From assembly GCA_900617105.1 (NCBI GenBank), contig UYFQ01000005.1, forward strand, positions 558,001-613,694: a stretch of 55,694 nucleotides of DNA, read 5' to 3'. Position numbers and translations under genes: made by a program. The notes under the pieces were generated by a model. It had not been told where the DNA came from. It did not search any database and saw nothing but the letters and a program-made list of their open reading frames with translations. This DNA comes from Hydrurus foetidus (lineage: Eukaryota). Below, piece after piece: positions 48,574 through 55,694 of the stretch (its first letter is position 1; each line of letters opens with the position of its first letter).

Positions 48574-49770
48574 ATGAAACCCACTTTCCAATGGCAAGAC
48601 CCCTTCATGCTCTCAGAGCAGCTCAACGAGGACGAGCGTGCCATCGTCGATGCCGCCTATACCTTTTGCCAGGAAAAATTACAGACCCGCGTGCTGATGG
48701 CAGCTCGGCATGAGAAGTTTGACCGCGAGATCATGAACGAAGCCGGTGCTATGGGCTTTTTGGGCTCTACCATCGAAGGCTACGGTTGCGCAGGCTTGAG
48801 CTACGTGGCCTACGGCTTGATCGCCCGCGAAGTCGAACGTGTGGACAGTGGCTACCGCAGCGCCATCAGCGTACAAAGCTCGCTGGTGATGCACCCCATC
48901 CACGCCTACGGATCAGAAGCACAGCGCCAAAAATACCTGCCCAAACTCGCCACCGGCGAGTGGGTGGGCTGCTTTGGCTTGACCGAACCCAACCACGGCT
49001 CTGACCCGGCCAGCATGTTGACGCGGGCCAAACCTGTGGACGGCGGCTTTATCGTCAAGGGTGCCAAGATGTGGATAACCAACGCGCCCATCGCCGATGT
49101 GTTCGTGGTCTGGGCCAAGCTGGAAGATCCAGACGGCAAAGTCGGTGGCCAAGAAAGCATCCGTGGCTTCGTGCTGGAAAAAGGCATGAAGGGTCTCACT
49201 GCACCCAAGATCGAAGGCAAGATGAGCCTGCGTGCCAGCATCACGGGTGAAATCGTGATGGACGATGTGTTCGTGCCCGAAGCCAATCTGCTGCCCAATG
49301 TCTCCGGCCTCAAAGGCCCGTTCGGTTGCTTGAACAAAGCCCGCTACGGCATCGCCTGGGGTGCCCTGGGTGCCGCCGAAGACTGCTGGACACGCGCCCG
49401 CCAGTACACGTTAGACCGTGTGCAGTTTGGCCGTCCTTTGGCGCAAAACCAGTTGATCCAAAAGAAGCTGGCCGACATGCAAACCGAAATCGCCCTGGGC
49501 CTGCAAGGCTGCCTGCGCGTGGGCCGCTTGATGGACGAAGGCAAAGCTGTGCCAGAGATGATTTCACTCATCAAACGCAACTCATGTGGCAAAGCGCTGG
49601 ACGTAGCCCGCATGGCGCGTGACATGCACGGCGGCAATGGCATCCATGACGAATACCACGTGATTCGCCACATGATTAACCTGGAAACAGTGAACACCTA
49701 CGAAGGCACGCATGATGTGCATGCGCTGATTTTGGGCAGGGCGCAGACAGGGTTGCAGGCGTTTTATTGA
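48574..49770 (+). CDS. gcdH: Glutaryl-CoA dehydrogenase
   Basis: [52 protein letters not shown]. Confidence 0.92.
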   Translation: MKPTFQWQDPFMLSEQLNEDERAIVDAAYTFCQEKLQTRVLMAARHEKFDREIMNEAGAMGFLGSTIEGYGCAGLSYVAYGLIAREVERVDSGYRSAISVQSSLVMHPIHAYGSEAQRQKYLPKLATGEWVGCFGLTEPNHGSDPASMLTRAKPVDGGFIVKGAKMWITNAPIADVFVVWAKLEDPDGKVGGQESIRGFVLEKGMKGLTAPKIEGKMSLRASITGEIVMDDVFVPEANLLPNVSGLKGPFGCLNKARYGIAWGALGAAEDCWTRARQYTLDRVQFGRPLAQNQLIQKKLADMQTEIALGLQGCLRVGRLMDEGKAVPEMISLIKRNSCGKALDVARMARDMHGGNGIHDEYHVIRHMINLETVNTYEGTHDVHALILGRAQTGLQAFY

Positions 49771-49771
49771 G

Positions 49772-50050
49772 TGACTGCACCTCCGAAAAACGTACTGCTT
49801 AGCTGATGGTTAACAATCAGTTCAAGGAAAACGTAATGAATGAAACGAGAAAACGGGCCAAGTACGCGCTGTAATTCAAGATGGAGGTGGTACGACTGGT
49901 CAAAGGCGGACAGGCGGTATCCGTCACGGCCAAAGTGTTGAGCATCCTCAAAGCAAGTCTGGGCAACTGCTGGGACAACACACCCACGGAGAGTCAATGG
50001 GGTCGACTCAAAGTGGGCAGGCTTTACGGACAGAGGTTTGCAACCCGCAG
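49772..50050 (+). mobile_element. IS3-family remnant with a large internal deletion
   Basis: orfA-like RAKYAL*FKMEVVRLVK...LGN joined directly to orfB-like GNCWDNTPTES. Confidence 0.7.
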
Positions 50051-50159
50051 GCTTAATTCCGCTTCGTCCAATGGTCAGCTTGGGGGAATCTTAGGCTGAC
50101 CATTCTTTCTATCCTGGGTGGCACGTTGCGCTGTTCATGACATAGATTTGACCGAGGGC

Positions 50160-51491
50160 GAGGGTGTCCCGGATTTTGTGTAAACGGCGATTAAGTTAGA
50201 CGCGCGGCATACGCTCGTCAAACTGAATGGTAAATCGATTCAGGGCGGCCTTCCAATCCCGAATCGGCATCGTCCATTTCTGACTGATGTTGTTCAGTGC
50301 CAGATAGAACAATTTGAATACCGCGTCATCGGTTGGAAATGACCCGCGGGTCTTCGTGATTTTGCGTAGGCTCATATTCACCGATTCAATGGCATTGGTC
50401 GTGTAAATCACTTTGCGGATGTCTGGCGGGTAGTCAAAGAATGGCGTCAGGCGTGCCCAGTTGCGCCGCCAGGACTGACCAATCGGGGCGAATGATGCAT
50501 CCCATTTGCCCTCGAATTCCGTCAGCCGCAGCAGGGCCTCGTCCTCAGTGGCGGCGCTGTAGATCATGCGTAAATCGGCGGCCACTTCCTTGCGCTGTTT
50601 CCAGCCCACGAAGTTCAGGCTGTGGCGCACCATGTGAACCAAACAGAGCTGCACAGCAGTCTTGGGGAACACGGCCTCAATCGCATCTGGGAAGCCCTTG
50701 AGGCCATCGACACAGGCAATGAAGATGTCGGCCACACCACGGTTCTTCAACTCGGTCACCACTTGCAGCCAGAACTTGGCACCTTCCGTCTGGGCCATCC
50801 ACAGGCCCAGCACCTCCTTGAGGCCGTCTAGGTTGACACCAATGGCCAGGTACAGGGCCTTGACCCGTACTGCGCCGTTGTCGCGCACCTTGACGTGAAT
50901 GCAGTCCATGTAAACGATGGGGTACAGCGCGTCCAATGGACGAGCCTGCCAGGTTTTGACCTCATCCATGACGGCATCGGTCACCGAGGAGATTAGGGTG
51001 GGTGAAACTTCAGCGCCATACATTTCCTGCAGGTGGCTTTGAATTTCGCGCACTGTCATGCCCCGGGCGTAGAGCGACAGTATCTTGTCGTCAAAGCCGC
51101 TCCAGCGGGTCTGGTGCTTGGTGATGATTTGGGGTTCGAACGTGCCCGCCCGGTCACGGGGGATTTCAATGGGCAGTTCACCAAAGTCGCCCTTGAGGGT
51201 CTTCTTGCTGCGTCCGTTGCGGGTGTTGCCTGCCTCGTTGGCCACCAATTGGTTCTTGCTGTGACCCAGGTGCTCTGTCAGCTCGGCCTGCAGTGCGCGT
51301 TCTACCAGGGCCTTGGTGAGTTGCTTGAGGATGCCGTTCTGGCCAATCAAATCTTCAGGCTTTTTGTAGTCTGCCAGCAGTGCGTCTATCAGTTCGGCGG
51401 GTAAGGGTTTCTGTTCTACGGTCATCATTGCTCCATGCAAGACGGCAGTTTCCTGCCAAAAGACCGTTTACACAAAACTTCTTACACCCTC
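50160..51491 (-). mobile_element. Intact IS256-family element, 1332 bp, with 8-bp target duplication
   Basis: IRs gagggtgt..ttttgtgtaaacgg and ccgtttacacaaaa..acaccctc; TSD CCGAGGGC at 50152-50159 and 51492-51499. Confidence 0.95.
50196..51428 (-). CDS. IS256-family transposase
   Basis: RNG, PRDRAGTFEP, YMDC, CVDGLKG, QLCLVH, YTTNAIES. Confidence 0.95.
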   Translation of the reverse strand: MMTVEQKPLPAELIDALLADYKKPEDLIGQNGILKQLTKALVERALQAELTEHLGHSKNQLVANEAGNTRNGRSKKTLKGDFGELPIEIPRDRAGTFEPQIITKHQTRWSGFDDKILSLYARGMTVREIQSHLQEMYGAEVSPTLISSVTDAVMDEVKTWQARPLDALYPIVYMDCIHVKVRDNGAVRVKALYLAIGVNLDGLKEVLGLWMAQTEGAKFWLQVVTELKNRGVADIFIACVDGLKGFPDAIEAVFPKTAVQLCLVHMVRHSLNFVGWKQRKEVAADLRMIYSAATEDEALLRLTEFEGKWDASFAPIGQSWRRNWARLTPFFDYPPDIRKVIYTTNAIESVNMSLRKITKTRGSFPTDDAVFKLFYLALNNISQKWTMPIRDWKAALNRFTIQFDERMPRV

Positions 51492-51518
51492 CCGAGGGCC
51501 GCTGGTTATGATGACCAG

Positions 51519-52433
51519 ATGAACATCCGGTTTCTCGAGTCTTTCATCTGGGTCGCCCGACTGCATAGTTTCAAATTAGCGGCAGACCGTCTGCACACCA
51601 CGCAGGCGGGTATTTCAAATAGGATTGCGACGTTAGAGGAACTGTTCAGTGTGCGGTTGTTTGAGCGTGAACATCGCACGGTGACGTTGACGCAAGACGG
51701 ATTACGGCTTCTGCCGCATGCAGAGCAAATGCTGGATCTTCAGTCGCGAATGATGGCTGCGATTGGATGCAGCGATGCGTTTACTGGTGTTCTTCGAATA
51801 GGCGTCATCGAAACAGTTGTCCACACTTGGCTCCCGAGATTGCTCGCACGCTTTGCGCAGCAGTTTCCCAAAGTAACGCTAGAGCTGACCTCAGACGTGA
51901 CGCCTGCCTTGAGTGAGGCCTTGTTGCGTGGCACCCTCGATTGTGTGATTACGGCGGAAGAAATCGCACCAGGATTTATTGAAAATCGCCGCATGGCTTC
52001 TCTTGCTATGTGCTGGGCGACGACCCCTTTAATAGCTGCACAGCTCCCTAAGGGAAGCCTAGCTTTCGCAGATTTGGGAAAGCATCCCATCATTTCTTTT
52101 CTTCGAGAATCGCCCGTCTACCGAAATATTGCGCATGGCATGGTTGGATGCACTGACCTCCGCATCAATTACTTTTCTTCACTGGGTGCCATGGTGGGCT
52201 TGGTCTGCGCGGGCTTTGGCATTACGTTGATTCCAGCCGCAGTTGTGGACGAAAAATTGCGTAACGGTATTTTGGTGCGATTGAATGTGAGTCCTGAGCC
52301 CTTATCACTTCCACTCGTGATCAGTCACCGTATCGAACAGGAGTCCGCTCTTGCTGAAACCATGGTCTGCATGGCGCAGACCGTTTGTGATGAGTATTTG
52401 GCTGAACGCACAGAGGTACTTGCGTTCTCTTGA
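51519..52433 (+). CDS. LysR-family regulator
   Basis: MNIRFLESFIWVARLHSF...TTQAGISNRIATLE; the ORF-track extension upstream comes from the IS end. Confidence 0.92.
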   Translation: MNIRFLESFIWVARLHSFKLAADRLHTTQAGISNRIATLEELFSVRLFEREHRTVTLTQDGLRLLPHAEQMLDLQSRMMAAIGCSDAFTGVLRIGVIETVVHTWLPRLLARFAQQFPKVTLELTSDVTPALSEALLRGTLDCVITAEEIAPGFIENRRMASLAMCWATTPLIAAQLPKGSLAFADLGKHPIISFLRESPVYRNIAHGMVGCTDLRINYFSSLGAMVGLVCAGFGITLIPAAVVDEKLRNGILVRLNVSPEPLSLPLVISHRIEQESALAETMVCMAQTVCDEYLAERTEVLAFS

Positions 52434-52555
52434 GTGTCTGGGCTCCGCAGTTTGATAGATCACCCTGTCACAGTGAATCGATCACAAAACCTTATCGGTA
52501 ACGAACAGTATTTCCCGTTTGTCATATCAAGTCATGGAAGTAATACTCCGTTTCC

Positions 52556-52954
52556 ATGCACTTACCTCTCAAAAAATCCCACCGCGAGTTCTTTCGCATA
52601 GCGCTGGACGCAGGTTCAGATAACAACAGTGTCTGGACACCCGTGCCAGGCTTTGAGGGTCAGATCGATGAACTGATCCTCGCCGACAACCTCGATCAGC
52701 AAAACCGCCGGGGGTCTAGGACGCGCATTGCGCGCTGGCATCCAGGAGCGTTGATCACACAACCTGTAATTCATGACTTCTGTGAAGAGGTCTTCATTTT
52801 CAGTGGTGATCTGGTCGTGGGTTGCGATGCTGAAGGCCTTGGCGGCGAGGGATTCGATGCGTACACCTTTGCTTGTCGACCTCCTGGTGTGTTTCACGGT
52901 CCGTTCACAAGTCGAAGCGGGTGCCTGATGTTGGAGTTCCAGTATTTCGATTAG
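52556..52954 (+). CDS. Cupin-domain protein (ChrR-like cupin)
   Basis: HDFCEEVFIFSGDL and RPPGVFHGPF metal-binding motifs. Confidence 0.75.
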   Translation: MHLPLKKSHREFFRIALDAGSDNNSVWTPVPGFEGQIDELILADNLDQQNRRGSRTRIARWHPGALITQPVIHDFCEEVFIFSGDLVVGCDAEGLGGEGFDAYTFACRPPGVFHGPFTSRSGCLMLEFQYFD

Positions 52955-53006
52955 CCAATTGCGACTTTCCCGTTTTCCCGCCCCCACTCATTTACAGGAG
53001 AAATTC

Positions 53007-54071
53007 ATGTATCTCAAAAAAATATGCTCCCTGACTGCAGCATTGTTGTTGTCATCGGTAGCGGTTGCCCAGCCAAGTTCTGGGCAAAAAATTTCTGTGC
53101 AAGCTGTGACACAGGTTTCGCCAAATTTGCCCCAATACACAAAAGTTGACCAACCCATGCTTCGTGACGGCATGGCCAAGGCAACGAATGGGCGAGTGGA
53201 AGTTACGCTGTCATCGTGGCCGGAGAGGAACGTCAATGGTCCTGAAGTGCTGCGCCTGGTGCGCTCAGGTCAAGTTGACATTGCTGCTGCAACATTGACG
53301 ACAGTGTCGGGTGATGTACCGTTACTGGATGGCCTTGACCTGGCGGGTATGAATGCTGAGATCACCCAGGCTCGCAAAGTAGCCGATGCCATGGTCCCTT
53401 ACATCAACAAAGAACTCGAGCGGCTTGGTATCAAACTGGTCGCGACCTATCCGTTTTCGGGTCAGATGCTGTTTTGCCGCAAACCCATTACGGGGTTTGC
53501 AGACCTTAAAGGCCTCAAGGTTCGCACCAATGGTCCTGCGGCATCGGATTTGATGAAGGGACTGGGCGCGCAGCCCGTATCACTTGCCTTTGGCGAAGTC
53601 TATGCAGCGCTGGAGCGCGGTACCGTGGATTGCGGCATCACCGGTTCGGGCTCTGGCAACGGTGTCAAGTGGCCAGAGGTAACAACCCATCTCTACACAC
53701 TTCCCCTGTCATGGGCGACAGCAGGCTATTTCGTTAACGTGGCTTGGTGGAACAAACTGGAACCAGGCATCCGTACACAGTTCGAAAAGACATTTGCTGA
53801 AATCCAGGATGCTCAATGGAAGTTGGGCGCTGAAGCCACCAATGACGGCGTTGCTTGCAGTACAGGGAACTCGACGGATTGCAAGATGCATTCACTCATG
53901 AAGAAGCCGATGATTGAAGTCAAGCCGCAGGCCAACGCAGCGGCAGCGCTTCAAAAGGAACTCTCTGCTGATGTGCTCCCCGGATGGATCAAGCGTTGCG
54001 GAGAGCGATGCGGTGTCATTTACAACGATGTGATTGCACCAATCACAGGCGTTAAATACGTCAGCCGCTGA
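53007..54071 (+). CDS. TRAP transporter substrate-binding protein (DctP)
   Basis: Signal peptide; DLKGLKVR, LGAQPV, EVYAALERGTVD. Confidence 0.9.
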   Translation: MYLKKICSLTAALLLSSVAVAQPSSGQKISVQAVTQVSPNLPQYTKVDQPMLRDGMAKATNGRVEVTLSSWPERNVNGPEVLRLVRSGQVDIAAATLTTVSGDVPLLDGLDLAGMNAEITQARKVADAMVPYINKELERLGIKLVATYPFSGQMLFCRKPITGFADLKGLKVRTNGPAASDLMKGLGAQPVSLAFGEVYAALERGTVDCGITGSGSGNGVKWPEVTTHLYTLPLSWATAGYFVNVAWWNKLEPGIRTQFEKTFAEIQDAQWKLGAEATNDGVACSTGNSTDCKMHSLMKKPMIEVKPQANAAAALQKELSADVLPGWIKRCGERCGVIYNDVIAPITGVKYVSR

Positions 54072-54072
54072 C

Positions 54073-54684
54073 ATGTTCAGTCTATTGGAGAGAGTCAGCC
54101 GCAGCGCCATGACGGCTGGCGGCTGGTGCTATCTGGCGATCACCATTTTGATCTGCTTTGATATTGTGTCGCGGCGCCTTTTTGGCATGTCCAGCGAAGC
54201 AACCACTGAGGTGACTGGCTACCTCATGGCCATTGGGATGAGTTGGGGAATGGCTGGCACGCTGTATGAACGCAGTCACGTGAGAATTGATGTGTTGGTT
54301 CAAAAGCTGGGGCTCAAGGTTCGGGTGTGGCTTCATCTTGCCTCGCTTCTCGCGCTATTGGTTGCGACAGGCTTCTTTGCCTGGGGTGCATTTTCTCTGG
54401 CCAAGGACTCATGGGAGCTTGGTGCCAGCGATCTTTCATCGCTCCACACACCACTGGCTATTCCGCAGGGGCTGTGGGCCGCAGGCTTAATGCTGTTTCT
54501 GCTCGCCGTCCTCAGTATTGCGGCTCGTTCACTCCGTCTGCTGCTGCTCGGCAATGCAGCAGATATGGACCGAATGCTGATGGCGCGCACCTATATAGAT
54601 GAAGCAGAAGAAACCCTGGAAGCCGTTGCTGAGGTACAGCATGCGCCACCAGTTCGACAAATGGTGACAGGAGAAGCTCGATGA
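54073..54684 (+). CDS. TRAP transporter small permease (DctQ)
   Basis: Four hydrophobic segments; SHVRID motif. Confidence 0.88.
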   Translation: MFSLLERVSRSAMTAGGWCYLAITILICFDIVSRRLFGMSSEATTEVTGYLMAIGMSWGMAGTLYERSHVRIDVLVQKLGLKVRVWLHLASLLALLVATGFFAWGAFSLAKDSWELGASDLSSLHTPLAIPQGLWAAGLMLFLLAVLSIAARSLRLLLLGNAADMDRMLMARTYIDEAEETLEAVAEVQHAPPVRQMVTGEAR

Positions 54685-55694
54685 TTGCGATTGTTTTTAT
54701 CCTCCTGGTCGGCCTACTGGTCGGGGGTGCTTCGCTGTTCGGTGTGCAAAGTTCCGCGATGGCTGCAGCGTCATCCAGCGTCCCGTGGTGGGCCTTGCTC
54801 TCAGTATTGGTGACCTTTGTGGCATTTTTTGCGGGCGGAATTTACGTTGGCGCAGCCCTCGCTGTACTGGCGCTCTTGGCCGGATTTGGTTTGTCTGACC
54901 GGCCATTTTGGAACTTTATTGGCGAGATGATCTGGGGGCCGTCAACTAACTTTGTCCTGGTGTCAGTTCCTCTGTTCCTGCTGATGGGGGAAATCATGCT
55001 GCGCGCGGGATTGTCAGAGCGACTGTACCGCGCACTCAATGTCTGGATGGGCCGCCTGCCAGGTGGGTTGCTGCACACCAACATCATGGCCTGTGGTGTG
55101 TTTTCTGCGATCGCAGGCTCCAGCGTGGCCACTGCGGCAACCATGGGATCGGTGGCTCTCCCGTATTTTGAAAAGAGTCACTATCCACCGAAACTGGTGC
55201 TGGGCTCCCTTGCCGCTGGTGGTGCATTGGGGAACCTGATTCCTCCAGGAATCACCTTCATCATCTACGGACTGATTACCGAGACCTCGGTCGGTGCACT
55301 GTATCTTGCAGCGGTTGGGCCTAGCATCCTCGTTATCGTGCTGTTTATTGCCGTGATCCTGTATTACAGCTTCAAACTTAAGTTGCATGGGGATGATGGC
55401 GCCCAAGCTATCACTTGGAAGCAACGCCTCGCCAGTTTGTCGGATCTGGTGCCAACTGCCCTGTTGATTGGTTTGGTGCTGGGAACGATTTACGCTGGTT
55501 GGGCAACGCCCACCGAGTCGGCTGCACTGGGGGTTGCTGGCAGTGTGGTGCTATCACTGGTGGACCGCAAGCTTACTTGGAAGATGATGACAGAGTCCCT
55601 GCACGCCACCGCGCGCACCACGTCCATGATCGCACTGATTCTTTTCGGCGCCTACTTTCTGAACTATGTACTGTCGGCTCTTGGCATTCCGCAA
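54681..55694 (+). CDS. TRAP transporter large permease (DctM), runs off the window edge
   Basis: ATG at 54681 overlaps the dctQ stop; VPLFLLMGE, GGLLHTN, AGSSVATAA, GNLIPPG, TPTESAA. Confidence 0.88.
   Translation, partial: MIAIVFILLVGLLVGGASLFGVQSSAMAAASSSVPWWALLSVLVTFVAFFAGGIYVGAALAVLALLAGFGLSDRPFWNFIGEMIWGPSTNFVLVSVPLFLLMGEIMLRAGLSERLYRALNVWMGRLPGGLLHTNIMACGVFSAIAGSSVATAATMGSVALPYFEKSHYPPKLVLGSLAAGGALGNLIPPGITFIIYGLITETSVGALYLAAVGPSILVIVLFIAVILYYSFKLKLHGDDGAQAITWKQRLASLSDLVPTALLIGLVLGTIYAGWATPTESAALGVAGSVVLSLVDRKLTWKMMTESLHATARTTSMIALILFGAYFLNYVLSALGIPQ

Noticed and set aside
51467..51512. Specific hybrid promoter from the IS256 end plus TATGAT
   Set aside because: No acceptable -35 hexamer at 16-18 bp from the TATGAT at 51507-51512
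51435..51518. N-terminal extension of the LysR ORF (likewise extensions at 631, 2028, 6102, 24950 and 26472)
   Set aside because: The extensions come from IS ends, intergenic DNA or overlapping genes; family motifs begin at downstream ATGs

Overview
GC-rich betaproteobacterial chromosome segment. Gene content and an intergenic repeat suggest Comamonadaceae, e.g. Rhodoferax-like (inference). (1) 1-15.8 kb: an acyl-CoA ligase, three different GSTs, a FeaR/MoaR-like AraC regulator, and a minus-strand run of GMC oxidoreductase, SDR, MoaF, SnoaL, aldehyde dehydrogenase and ABC importer, bounded by glutathione reductase. (2) 15.8-43.4 kb is a mosaic accessory region. It holds a decayed IS6-flanked RND/MFS efflux module with two paralogous LysRs, a urate-catabolism cluster (puuD, uraH, puuE, uraD-amidohydrolase fusion, orphan M20 hydrolase, NCS2 permease), an intact IS4/IS50-like element, and a ~4.2-kb very AT-rich cryptic mobilizable plasmid. 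The plasmid carries a RepL-like HTH gene with an embedded antisense promoter, iteron-like repeats, a tandem-RHH gene, mobC and a HEN-type relaxase split by one in-frame stop. The region ends at a truncated msrA 5' end. (3) 43.5-55.7 kb: LysR, acyl-CoA dehydrogenase, Bug, CoA-transferase and gcdH, an IS3 remnant, an intact IS256 with 8-bp target duplication, then LysR, cupin and a TRAP transporter. No rRNA, tRNA or CRISPR array was recognised. All protein calls are by motif recognition, without database searches.
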